Assembly: GCA_937868205.1 (NCBI GenBank)
Contig: CALMMC010000091.1
Coordinates: 2,047 to 66,046, forward strand
DNA from: an uncultured bacterium
GTDB lineage: Bacteria > Acidobacteriota > Aminicenantia > Aminicenantales > UBA4085
Direction: 5' to 3'
Length of the DNA: 64,000 bases
Both the position numbers and the translations under genes were made by a program. The notes below the pieces were generated by a model that saw only the letters and a program-made list of their open reading frames with translations, was not told the origin of the DNA and searched no databases. Numbering within the stretch: the first letter of the stretch is position 1; every line of letters starts with the position of its first letter. Shown here in pieces: positions 9,690 to 18,135 of this stretch.

Positions 9690-11447
9690 TCACTTTATCT
9701 TCAATCCCAAATCGGAGAGCTGGCGCTCGTCGACGGCCGAGGGCGAGCCTGTCATCAGGTCCAGGGCGCTGGTCGTCTTCGGGAAAGGAATGACCTCGCG
9801 GATGGACTCCTCGCCCGCCAGGAGCATCACCAGCCGATCGAAGCCGAAGGCGATCCCGCCGTGGGGCGGAGCGCCGAAGCTCAGGGCTTCGAGGAAATAA
9901 CCGAATTTCTCCTCGGTCTCAGCCTCGGAAAGACCCAGAACCTTGAAGATCCGGCGCTGGAGGTCCCTGTCGTGGATCCGGACGGAGCCCCCGCCGACCT
10001 CCACGCCGTTGAGGACGAGGTCGTAGGCCTGGGCCCGGACCCGGGCCGGGTCGGTTTCGAGAAGCGGCAGGTCCCCGGCCGCCGGCGCGGTGAACGGGTG
10101 GTGCATCGAGACGTGCCGCTGTTCCTCCTCGCTCCATTCAAACAGGGGGAAATCCGTCACCCAGACGAACCGGAGCATTTCCTTCCGGGCCGATTCATCG
10201 CCCGGCCAAGTCCGCCGGATCTCCCCGAGGGTCTTCAGGGCGGCGAGCCTCGCATCGGCGATAAACAGGGCCAGGTCGTTTTCCGCTCCGCCGAGGGACG
10301 CCCAGACTTTATCGAAATCAGCCTCGGACAGCTTGAGGGACGATTTCCAGCCGTTCTGTTTCTTGATCCAGAACAGGCCCTTGGCCCCGAGCGCCTTGGC
10401 TTTCTCACCCAGCTTGTCCAGCTGGCCGCGCGACATCGAGGCAGCCCCGGGGACGAGCAGGCCTTTAAGCTCCGCGCCGGCGGCCAGGGCCCCGCGGATG
10501 ACGTCGGAAGCGATGTCGCGGACCGTCGCCGTCAGGTCCCTCATCTCGAGCGGCACGCGGAGGTCGGGCTTGTCCGAGCCGTATTTCTCCATCGCCTCGG
10601 CGTAGGTCAGCCGGACGAAGGGGCGGCCGATCGTCCGTCCGGAGAGAGCGAAGATCGCTTCCATCAAGCCCTCGTTGAGCTCGAAAAACTCCTCCCGCTC
10701 GGGGAAGCTCATCTCGATGTCGATTTGAGTGAATTCGGGCTGGCGGTCGGCCCGCAGATCCTCGTCCCGGAAGCAGCGGACGATCTGGAAATATCGGTCG
10801 AATCCGGCGATCATCAGGGTCTGCTTGAACTGCTGGGGCGACTGGGGCAGGGCATAGAACCGGCCCTTGGATATGCGGCTGGGGACGAGGTAATCGCGGG
10901 CGCCCTCGGGCGTCGGATTGGCCAGGATCGGCGTCTCGATCTCGAGAAAGCCGTTCCGGTTCAAATAATTGCGGACGGCCAGGGCGGCATCGTGCCGGAG
11001 ACGGATCTGGCGCTGCATCTTCGGCCGGCGCAGGTCGAGATACCGGTATTTGAACCGCAGCTCCTCGGAGGCCTGGGGCGGGTCGACGATCGCGAAGGGC
11101 GGGAGCTTGGAGGGGGCGAAGACCCGGAGAGCGGACGCTTCGACCTCGACCTCTCCCGTCGGCAGGTCCGGGTTGACGGCCGAGCGGCGGCGGACGCGGC
11201 CGCGCACCCCGACGACCGATTCGTTCCGGAGCCGCTTGGCTTCTTCCATCAGCTCCGGCCGGTCGGTTTGGAAAACGGCTTGGGCCAGGCCCTCGCGGTC
11301 GCGGATGTCGACGAAGATCAAATGTCCCATGTCCCTGGTCTTCTGAACCCAGCCGCAGAGGACGACCTCGCTTCCTTCGTGGGCGGGCCGCAAGGCCCCG
11401 GCGTAATGGGTCCGTTTCCAGGATGCGTGTTCCGTTTCTTCGCTCAT
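9690..11447 (-). CDS. aspS: aspartate--tRNA ligase
   Basis: 585 aa with an OB-fold N-terminus (GWVQKTRDMGHLIFVDIRDREG). Class II motifs present: FFQIVRCFRDEDLRADRQPEFTQID and GGGSVRIH...PPHGGIAFGFDRL. Confidence 0.95.
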   Translation of the reverse strand: MSEETEHASWKRTHYAGALRPAHEGSEVVLCGWVQKTRDMGHLIFVDIRDREGLAQAVFQTDRPELMEEAKRLRNESVVGVRGRVRRRSAVNPDLPTGEVEVEASALRVFAPSKLPPFAIVDPPQASEELRFKYRYLDLRRPKMQRQIRLRHDAALAVRNYLNRNGFLEIETPILANPTPEGARDYLVPSRISKGRFYALPQSPQQFKQTLMIAGFDRYFQIVRCFRDEDLRADRQPEFTQIDIEMSFPEREEFFELNEGLMEAIFALSGRTIGRPFVRLTYAEAMEKYGSDKPDLRVPLEMRDLTATVRDIASDVIRGALAAGAELKGLLVPGAASMSRGQLDKLGEKAKALGAKGLFWIKKQNGWKSSLKLSEADFDKVWASLGGAENDLALFIADARLAALKTLGEIRRTWPGDESARKEMLRFVWVTDFPLFEWSEEEQRHVSMHHPFTAPAAGDLPLLETDPARVRAQAYDLVLNGVEVGGGSVRIHDRDLQRRIFKVLGLSEAETEEKFGYFLEALSFGAPPHGGIAFGFDRLVMLLAGEESIREVIPFPKTTSALDLMTGSPSAVDERQLSDLGLKIK

Positions 11448-11564
11448 CGGGATTTCGCCTTATCGGAGGTATTCCGCCGCTATTCTAGAAGATTTTCAAC
11501 ATGTTGTCCAAACCGGGGAAAGCGGACTCCGCCCCTCCCCGGCAAAACGAAACCAGGCCGGCGC

Positions 11565-13868
11565 CTACCGGCCCGGCGGCCTCAAAACCCGGAGGAACGA
11601 GGCGGAAAACAGCTTGGTCATCTCCGCCGGCTCGAGTTTTTCCCCGAGCAATCCGGCGATGACGCCGAGCATTTGCTCCCGGCCGGCTTTCCCCCAGAGA
11701 CACCTCTCGGAAACGATCGAAATATATTCCGCCCCGATCCGCCGGCTCGCCGCCTGGACTCTCGCCGCGTAGGAAGCGGCGAGTTCCTCCTTGCCCAGAA
11801 CCAGGCCGATCGTCGATCCCGTTTTCTTGGCCAGGTCGAGGACCGCGTCGCCGGGGACGGCGCCGGTCCGCAAAAAGACCGGCTTCTTGATGTTTTCCAG
11901 CAAGGCGACGGATTGAGAGGCATCCAGGCCGTCGGCGATCAGCAGGAGACTCGTCTTTTCCAGGGCTTCGAGAATCTTTTTCCCCTCCTCGCTCAATCCC
12001 CCGCCGCCGAAAAGAACGCCGGGATCGTCGAGGACGATGAAGGCGAAGCCCTGCTTGGCCAACGCTTCCGTCCAGCGAAGATCGTCGCGGATGGCGGCCA
12101 GTCCCCGCAGGCCGGGGACCACGGTCGTTTTCCACGGCCGGCGGCGCTCCGACGCCCCTTCGTTCCCGAAGAGGACGAGCCCTTTCGACCGGGCGATCGC
12201 CTCCTTGCCGTCGAGAAGTTTCCGCAGCAAATCCATCCTCAAGGCATCGCCGGTCAAGCCGTCGTTCCCGGAAACAACAGCCAGTTGGAAGTCAACGTCC
12301 TGATCCAGCGAATCCTGGTGCTCCCCGATCACTTTCTCCAGGGGCGGGGTCTCGTGATTGAAGATCGTCTGATAGCGCCAATGGAACATTTCCCGGCGCC
12401 CGGCGAGGATCGGGACGTCCCGCTCGCAGGACAGGATTTCGAGAGCGGCCATGACGAACAAACCGGCGTTCCGCATGATGTCCGGCTTGATGTGGGCGAT
12501 GACGTCGCCGACGCGGTTCGTCTTGAAATGAGGGCCGTCCGTGTCGAGATAGAACGCCGGCACGCCATTGTAAAGGAAATAGGTATGATCCGAGCCGCCC
12601 GGGCCGCCCCGGGTGAAAATCATGTTGTCCCGGATCTCTTGGGGAAGGCGGGCTTTCAGGATCTCATAGATCTCCGGGGCGTAATAAGCGCCGGACGCCT
12701 CGACCTTCCCGGTTCCGTGGCCCACCATATCCAGGTTGATGTTGGCCACGGTTTGATCCAGGGGGAAAACGGGATTTTCGGAGTAATGCTTCGAGCCGAA
12801 AAGGCCCTCTTCCTCCGCTCCCCAAAGAGCGAAGAGGATCGTCCGCTTGGGCTTGAAGCGGTTGAGCTTCATCACCCGGGCGGCTTCCATGACCACGGCC
12901 GTCCCCGACGCGTTGTCATCGGCGCCGTTGAGGATGTCGCCGGTCATGTCCACGCCGAGATGATCCATGTGGGCGCCGATGACGACGATTTCGTTCTTGA
13001 GCTTCGGATCCGTCCCGGAGATCTTCGCCAGGACGTTCTGGGTCGGCGCCTTTTCATTGAAATCAACCTGGATGTTGATCAGGGACTGGACCGCCAGGTC
13101 GTACGATTGCGGCTTTCCGGTTTCTTCAATCTGCCGAAAAAAGTGGCGGGGGTCGCCCCTCTGCCATTTGAAAATGAAATCCACGATCTTGCGTTCCACG
13201 GAAAGGATGACGAATCCGGGATCATAGATCTCTTTGTCCAGGCCGCCCCGGAAGTAGTTCCCGAGAGGCTGAGTATCGCTCCGGAAAAGCAGCACGCCCC
13301 GCGCCCCGCGGCTTCGGGCGGCCTTGATACGGTTCTCCAGCTTCGCTTCTTCCCGGAGAGCGTCGCGCAGCCGGACGGGGGTATCCGTCGAAAAGAGGAC
13401 GAGCTTGTCCTTGACGTCGACGGCCGCATATTCGTCGAAGTCCTTGTCCGGCGCGGAAATCCCGTATCCGGCGAAAACGACGTCCGCCCCGAACAGGCCC
13501 GATCCAGAGTAGCGGGATTGGATCCAATCTTCTCCGTAGACGAAGTCGCGCGTCCGGTTGTGGGCGACGATCCCGAGGGACGCGCCCCGTTGGACATCAT
13601 AAGACTCGAACGTAAAATCCTGGAAATAGCCGTTGTTCGGCCCGGCCGGCTCGAGTCCCCAGGACTTGAGCTTGGCGGCGATGTATTCGGCCGCGCGGAG
13701 TCCGCTCGGCTCGCCGCTTTTCCGGCCGAGCATCGTGTCGGCGGCGAGATCCTTCAAGTAGCCGAAGGCCGCTTGATGATCAAACTCGATTTTTTTATTC
13801 TGGGGCGATGCCGGAAAGACGGAAAGAAAAACGCTCAAGGCCAGGACGATCGCGGATCGCTTGAACAT
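11565..13868 (-). CDS. M28 family aminopeptidase (PA domain) with C-terminal degenerate dipeptidase(M19)-like extension
   Basis: Start moved to the ATG at 13868 (RBS gagagg 5 nt upstream); the track start 13874 is a GTG. Signal peptide present. M28 motifs present: VVIGAHMDHLG, DNASGTAVVME, LFALWGAEEEGLFGS, NLDMVG. The last ~290 aa resemble renal-dipeptidase architecture (see findings). Confidence 0.8.
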   Translation of the reverse strand: MFKRSAIVLALSVFLSVFPASPQNKKIEFDHQAAFGYLKDLAADTMLGRKSGEPSGLRAAEYIAAKLKSWGLEPAGPNNGYFQDFTFESYDVQRGASLGIVAHNRTRDFVYGEDWIQSRYSGSGLFGADVVFAGYGISAPDKDFDEYAAVDVKDKLVLFSTDTPVRLRDALREEAKLENRIKAARSRGARGVLLFRSDTQPLGNYFRGGLDKEIYDPGFVILSVERKIVDFIFKWQRGDPRHFFRQIEETGKPQSYDLAVQSLINIQVDFNEKAPTQNVLAKISGTDPKLKNEIVVIGAHMDHLGVDMTGDILNGADDNASGTAVVMEAARVMKLNRFKPKRTILFALWGAEEEGLFGSKHYSENPVFPLDQTVANINLDMVGHGTGKVEASGAYYAPEIYEILKARLPQEIRDNMIFTRGGPGGSDHTYFLYNGVPAFYLDTDGPHFKTNRVGDVIAHIKPDIMRNAGLFVMAALEILSCERDVPILAGRREMFHWRYQTIFNHETPPLEKVIGEHQDSLDQDVDFQLAVVSGNDGLTGDALRMDLLRKLLDGKEAIARSKGLVLFGNEGASERRRPWKTTVVPGLRGLAAIRDDLRWTEALAKQGFAFIVLDDPGVLFGGGGLSEEGKKILEALEKTSLLLIADGLDASQSVALLENIKKPVFLRTGAVPGDAVLDLAKKTGSTIGLVLGKEELAASYAARVQAASRRIGAEYISIVSERCLWGKAGREQMLGVIAGLLGEKLEPAEMTKLFSASFLRVLRPPGR

Positions 13869-13980
13869 GATCACCTCTCGGTCGATTCGTTCCGCTTAAA
13901 ATACTCCATTCATCGGCCCATGGCAAACCAACGCCGGGGATCCGTGATCGTAAATAACCGCCGCCCCCTCCAAACCGATG

Positions 13981-14130
13981 GACGCTTCCGCCTTCCGCGA
14001 GACGGCGGAAAGGATTTCGTTTCCCGGCTTCCTGTTCCGATTCTTCGCTCATCGGGATTTCGCTCCGGGGAAGATTTTCCGCCTCCGTTCATGAGGATTT
14101 TCGGCGGATTGTCCAAAAACCGGGCGGTCC
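13981..14130 (-). pseudogene. decayed duplicate of the aspS promoter/leader and first ~25 codons
   Basis: 14033-14063 matches 11428-11458 at 30 of 31 nt, covering the aspS ATG and the MSEE codons. Weaker similarity continues on both sides (e.g. ttgtccaaaaaccggg vs ttgtccaaaccgggg). The 85-aa track ORF 13795..14052 starts MSEESEQEAGKRNPF versus aspS MSEETEHASWKRTHY and then loses similarity. Confidence 0.55.
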
Positions 14131-14165
14131 CTGAACTATTGACACCTGCATAAGTAATGTCCTAT
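14131..14165. repeat. IS630-family left terminal inverted repeat
   Basis: ctgaactattgacacctgcataagtaatgtcctat. The reverse complement of 15214-15248 is ctgaactattgactcctgtatattaaatgtcctat. Confidence 0.8.
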
Positions 14166-14746
14166 TTTAAACGCAAAAAAAGGGGCGTGTGCTTCAGGAA
14201 TGAGCGGAGCAGAGATTGTTTCCTTTGAAGGGCTAGGCCGTGTCGCCGAACCGAGTTCGTCAAGAGCTCGTCTTCGAAGATCGCCTCGTTCGCCATCGAA
14301 TTGGTTTTCAGGTAACACCAGACGTTCTCGGTGGGATTCAACTCCGGCGCATAGGCCGGCAGAAACTCCAAGCGCCAGTCCTTTTTGAGAGCAATGTAGC
14401 GCTGAACACACCGAGCCCGATGCGGCATGAACCGATCCCAAAGCAGCGAAAGGGGACATTCAAAATGCCGGCTCAAATCCTTCAAGAACGAAAGGACCTT
14501 GCCGGCGTTGATGTTTTCCTGAGGATGAAGCCGGAAAAACAGCTGGACGCGGTCCCGGGCGGGAGAGACGGCCAGGGCCGCGATGACCGAAACCTTCCGA
14601 TAACTGTTTGTTCGATGTCGGAACAATGGCGGCTGACCGCGAGGCGCCCATGTCCTCCGCACCAAAGGCATCATCAGAAAGCCGCTCTCGTCGATGAAAA
14701 CGAGAGAAGCCCCTACGCGAGCGGAGTTTTTTTTACCCGAGGCCAA
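14162..14746 (-). CDS. IS630-family transposase, DDE catalytic part (orfB)
   Basis: Contains LVFIDESGF, LLWDRFMPHR and YAPELNPTENVW, i.e. a DD(34)E-type arrangement typical of IS630/Tc1-mariner transposases. Confidence 0.85.
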   Translation of the reverse strand: MASGKKNSARVGASLVFIDESGFLMMPLVRRTWAPRGQPPLFRHRTNSYRKVSVIAALAVSPARDRVQLFFRLHPQENINAGKVLSFLKDLSRHFECPLSLLWDRFMPHRARCVQRYIALKKDWRLEFLPAYAPELNPTENVWCYLKTNSMANEAIFEDELLTNSVRRHGLALQRKQSLLRSFLKHTPLFLRLK

Positions 14747-15222
14747 TCGATCTTGACCCAGGTCTGGATGGCTGCCTCATCCCGCTCAACGGCACGGCGT
14801 TGCGGCTTCTGGGGGCTCCAGCCCAGAGCGTGCAAAATTCGTCCGATATGGTCGACATGATAACGGACGCCGAAGGCTTTTTCGATGACCTGAACGACTC
14901 GGGGGCAGGTCCACAGGTCTGTCACAAAGCCCGATCGGCCGGCCCCTCGAAGCAGGATCGCCTCCAGCTTCCGCTTTTTCTGCCAATCGAGCCGCGGAGG
15001 GCGGCCGGGGAGTGGCTTGGAACGAATGGCTTCAGGCCCGTCCTTCAAGATACTCGCCTTCCAGCGTCGGACGCTACGGCGGTCGACACCGATTTTACGA
15101 GCAATCTCCACAGGCTGAAGCCCTTGTCCCAAATAATCCAAGGCCCGGTGTCGTCTCGCTTCCAGGAACTCTGCGCTTCCGGATGGTCTCATCGCTTCCC
15201 TCCAGATCAGAGTATAGGACAT
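14713..15222 (-). CDS. IS630-family transposase, N-terminal HTH part (orfA)
   Basis: Helix-turn-helix-like LQPVEIARKIGVDRRSVRRW and a second winged-helix region. It ends WPRVKKTPLA* just after the A8 run that overlaps orfB. Confidence 0.85.
   Translation of the reverse strand: MSYTLIWREAMRPSGSAEFLEARRHRALDYLGQGLQPVEIARKIGVDRRSVRRWKASILKDGPEAIRSKPLPGRPPRLDWQKKRKLEAILLRGAGRSGFVTDLWTCPRVVQVIEKAFGVRYHVDHIGRILHALGWSPQKPQRRAVERDEAAIQTWVKIDWPRVKKTPLA
14727..14734 (-). other. A8 slippery run, candidate -1 frameshift site joining orfA and orfB
   Basis: The minus strand reads GGGTAAAAAAAACTCC. Frame A gives V-K-K-T-P-L-A-stop. The -1 frame gives G-K-K-N-S-A-R-V-G-A-S-L-V-F-I-D-E. Confidence 0.5.
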
Positions 15223-15248
15223 TTAATATACAGGAGTCAATAGTTCAG
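15214..15248. repeat. IS630-family right terminal inverted repeat
   Basis: ataggacatttaatatacaggagtcaatagttcag, the inverted partner of 14131-14165. Confidence 0.8.
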
Positions 15249-15252
15249 TCCC

Positions 15253-15282
15253 TTGACGCTTTCCCGCCGCCGGGCCTATGAT
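15253..15282 (+). promoter_or_regulatory. sigma70-like promoter for 15358..15786
   Basis: TTGACG (15253-58), 18 nt, TATGAT (15277-82). It begins 4 nt after the IS right end. The downstream gene has RBS aaggagg. Confidence 0.45.
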
Positions 15283-15357
15283 AAGAAATCAAAGAGCGCG
15301 GCCGATTCCTAATACCGGCGGACCCGCTCAAGCCGCATTTCCACAAGGAGGATTTCA

Positions 15358-15786
15358 ATGCGCGGATTCACTCTCGTTCTGACCGGATGCCTTTTTCTTG
15401 CCGGCCTCGCCGTTCCCCCCGTCCCGGCGGCGGACGACGCGCTTCCTCGGCTTGTCGGGATCTGGAAAGGGATCGAACGGGACATGCACTGGGAGGAATC
15501 GGGCTTCACAATGAACGATGAATCGCCCGTCAAAGCCGTTTTTGAAATCAAGGAACAGAAAGGCCGCGTCTTCACGGGCGTCCGGACTTGGACCAACCGC
15601 CAGGGGACGTTTTCCGAGCCCTTCTCCGGCGTGATCGCCGCGGACACGAAGCGGCTGTATATGGTCGACCATGAGGACGGGTACCTTTTCGCCGACATCG
15701 CCGGCGCGAATGAAATCCACTTTTATTACCTGGAAAGCGGCGCCTCGGCGAAAATCATCTATACCAAAACCGTGCGCGACGAATAA
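15358..15786 (+). CDS. hypothetical secreted protein
   Basis: Strong RBS. Signal peptide MRGFTLVLTGCLFLAGLAVPPVPAA. The mature part is beta-rich. No family recognised. Confidence 0.6.
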   Translation: MRGFTLVLTGCLFLAGLAVPPVPAADDALPRLVGIWKGIERDMHWEESGFTMNDESPVKAVFEIKEQKGRVFTGVRTWTNRQGTFSEPFSGVIAADTKRLYMVDHEDGYLFADIAGANEIHFYYLESGASAKIIYTKTVRDE

Positions 15787-15815
15787 TCCCCGGCGGCTGA
15801 GGCGGCCGACGACGC

Positions 15816-17075
15816 TTAAAGCAGCATTTTGATCAGGGCGTCCGGCGTTCCGGATGTTTGCGACCCGGTGGCCATGTCCTTGAGCAGGAACTCGCCCCGG
15901 GCCAGCTCGTCCTCTCCGATGATTAAAACCCAGGAAGCGCCGAGCTTGCTGGCCCGGCCGAACTGGCTTTTAAACCCGCGGCCGGCGAATTCGAGGAGCG
16001 TTTCGACGCCCGCGGCCCGGAACCGGCGGGCCAGCTCGACGGCCTTCGCCTTGGCCGCGTCCCCGGCGTGGACGATATAAACGAACCGGCGCGGCTCGGG
16101 CGTGAGAGTCAGCAAGGCGATCAAGCGCTCGACGCCGCAGGCGAAGCCGATGCCGCAGATGTCCGGTCCGCCGAAGTCCTTCATCATATCGTCGTAGCGG
16201 CCTCCGCCCAAAACGGCATTCTGCTGGCCGGCGCCCGTTTGAACGACCTCGAAGGCGGTTTTCGTGTAGTAATCCAGGCCGCGGACGAGCGCGGGCTCGA
16301 ACCGGTAGGAAACGCCGGAAAGATCCAGAGTTTTCCGGACGCCGGCGAAATGGTCCCGGCATTCGGAACAGAGAAATTCCGGGATGGCGGGAAAAGACGC
16401 GGCCAACTCCCGGCAGGAGGCGACCTTGCAGTCGAAAATTCGGAGGGGATTGGTCTCGATCTTGCGCCGGCAGTCCTCGCACAAGCCGTCCCGGACTTTT
16501 TCGGCCTGGGTCCGGAGGGCCCGGGCGTACGCGGGCCGGCAGGTCTTGCAGCCCACCGAATTCACCAGCGTTTCGGTCCCGGTCACGCCCAGGATCCGGA
16601 GCATCGTGTCGGCCATTTCGATGATCTCGGCGTCGACGGCCGGGTCCTTTTCCCCGAAAACCTCGGCGTCGATCTGGTGGAACTGGCGGTAGCGGCCTTT
16701 CTGGGGCTTGTCATAGCGGAACATCGGGCCGATGTAGTAGTAGCGCATCGGCGTCCCCAGCAGGTCGAGCCGGTGCTCCACGATCGCCCGGGCGACCGAC
16801 GGCGTGTACTCCGGCCGGAGGGTGATCGACCTCCCGCCCTTGTCCGTGAAGGTGTACATCTCCTTCTGAACGATGTCGGTCGTCCGGCCGGTGCCTTTCT
16901 CAAAGAGCTCGGTCGGCTCGATGACCGGCGCCCGGAGCTCCCGGTAGCCGTACCGGCCGAAAAGCGCCGCCACCTCGGCCTCGACTTTTTGCCAGACCTC
17001 GACCTCGCCGGGAAGGATGTCGTGGGTGCCCTTGACGGCCGCGAGCGCCTTTTTCGGAGTCGGGTCCGCGCTCAC
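15816..17075 (-). CDS. hisS: histidine--tRNA ligase
   Basis: Contains LRPEYTPSVAR, RYYYIGPMFRYDKPQKGRYRQFHQ, GGGRYD and GFACGVERL. Confidence 0.95.
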   Translation of the reverse strand: MSADPTPKKALAAVKGTHDILPGEVEVWQKVEAEVAALFGRYGYRELRAPVIEPTELFEKGTGRTTDIVQKEMYTFTDKGGRSITLRPEYTPSVARAIVEHRLDLLGTPMRYYYIGPMFRYDKPQKGRYRQFHQIDAEVFGEKDPAVDAEIIEMADTMLRILGVTGTETLVNSVGCKTCRPAYARALRTQAEKVRDGLCEDCRRKIETNPLRIFDCKVASCRELAASFPAIPEFLCSECRDHFAGVRKTLDLSGVSYRFEPALVRGLDYYTKTAFEVVQTGAGQQNAVLGGGRYDDMMKDFGGPDICGIGFACGVERLIALLTLTPEPRRFVYIVHAGDAAKAKAVELARRFRAAGVETLLEFAGRGFKSQFGRASKLGASWVLIIGEDELARGEFLLKDMATGSQTSGTPDALIKMLL

Positions 17076-18028
17076 GGGACGACGTAGACCCCCATCTTGC
17101 GGAACTTGGCGTAGCGCTCTTCGACGAGCTCGTCGGCGGTCTTGGCTTGGAGCTTGGTCAGGGTTTGGTGGAGGACTTGATCCGTGTTTTTGAAGGCCGT
17201 CTCCGGATCGATATGCGCGCCGCCCGGCGGCTCCGGGATGATTTTATCGATGACGCCGAGCGCCAGCAAGTCGGAAGCCCGGATATGCAGGTTTTCAGCG
17301 GCTTGGCGGACGGCCGATTGGTCCTTCCAGAGAATCGCCGCGCAGCCCTCGGGCGAAATAACCGAATAATAGGCGTTTTCGAGCATGAGGATCCGGTTGC
17401 CGACGCCGATGCCCAGCGCCCCGCCGCTTCCTCCCTCGCCGATGATCAGGCAGATGATCGGCACCCGGAGCCCGGACATGACCTTCAGGTTGTAGGCGAT
17501 CGCCTCGGCCTGGCCCCGCTCCTCGGCCCCGATGCCGGGATAAGCGCCCTGCGTGTCAATGAAAGTAATGATTGGAAAGCCGAATTTTTCCGCTTCCCGG
17601 AAGATGCGATAGGCTTTGCGGTACCCCTCGGGATTCATCTGGCCGAAGTTGCGGTCGAGCCGTTCGCGGGTCGTCCGGCCCTTCTGATGGCCCATGACGG
17701 CTACGGTCCGCCCCTTATAGAAGGCCAGTCCGGCGACCAGGGCCGGATCATCGGCGAACCGGCGGTCCCCGTGCATCTCCATGAAATCGGTTGTCAGGGC
17801 TTTGATGTAATCGAGGGTCATCGGCCGCTTGGGATGCCGGGCGACCTGAACGATCTGACTCGGGATCAGGCCGGGCTGGATTTTCCGCCATTCGGCCTCG
17901 ATCTCAAGGCGCAGAGCGGCCGCTTTTTCATTGAAGCCGGGTTCGCCGGCCAGGACCAGGGCGTCGATCTGTTCTTTCAAGGCGACGATCGGTTTTTCAA
18001 GCGTGTAGAAATCCTCGGGTTTCGTCAT
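17072..18028 (-). CDS. accA: acetyl-CoA carboxylase carboxyltransferase subunit alpha
   Basis: Contains HPKRPMTLDYI, PIITFIDTQGAYPGIGAEERGQAEAIA and IGEGGSGGALGIGVGN. Overlaps hisS by 4 nt. Confidence 0.95.
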   Translation of the reverse strand: MTKPEDFYTLEKPIVALKEQIDALVLAGEPGFNEKAAALRLEIEAEWRKIQPGLIPSQIVQVARHPKRPMTLDYIKALTTDFMEMHGDRRFADDPALVAGLAFYKGRTVAVMGHQKGRTTRERLDRNFGQMNPEGYRKAYRIFREAEKFGFPIITFIDTQGAYPGIGAEERGQAEAIAYNLKVMSGLRVPIICLIIGEGGSGGALGIGVGNRILMLENAYYSVISPEGCAAILWKDQSAVRQAAENLHIRASDLLALGVIDKIIPEPPGGAHIDPETAFKNTDQVLHQTLTKLQAKTADELVEERYAKFRKMGVYVVP

Positions 18029-18061
18029 TGAGCTCTCTGCAATTGGAAATGATACCCGGAT

Positions 18062-18091
18062 ATTCTATAGGCCGGCCGGAACGCCTGTCAA
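18062..18091 (-). promoter_or_regulatory. sigma70-like promoter for accA-hisS
   Basis: Minus strand reads TTGACA (18086-91), 17-18 nt, ATAGAAT (18062-68), about 30 nt upstream of the accA ATG. Confidence 0.45.
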
Positions 18092-18135
18092 GGGAACGAA
18101 TCGCGCCATCTAAAATCCTGCCGAAGGGTGATATA

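Larger units (their letters stand above)
14131..15248 (-). mobile_element. IS630-family insertion sequence, apparently intact
   Basis: 1118 bp bounded by ~35-bp imperfect terminal inverted repeats. It carries a two-ORF transposase (HTH part plus DDE part) overlapping at an A8 slippery run. By eye it is lower in GC than its surroundings. TCC occurs on both flanks (14128-14130 and 15249-15251). Confidence 0.85.

Noticed and set aside
13795-14052. 85-aa ORF starting MSEESEQEAGKRNPF, considered as a real gene.
   Set aside because: Only its first ~15-25 codons resemble aspS, and the rest is Gly/Arg-rich with no motif. Its -10 box is degraded. It is interpreted as a decayed duplicate.
9861-14153. 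Very long track ORFs: 1430 aa on + at 9861..14153, 798 aa on - at 3149..5545, 508 aa at 5655..7181, 772 aa at 41964..44282, and many others.
   Set aside because: They lie antisense or out of frame to genes with clear family motifs (aspS, M28 peptidase, TonB receptor, glycosyltransferases). They are dominated by Arg/Pro/Gly/Asp, as expected for stop-poor shadow frames in GC-rich DNA. None shows a recognisable motif.
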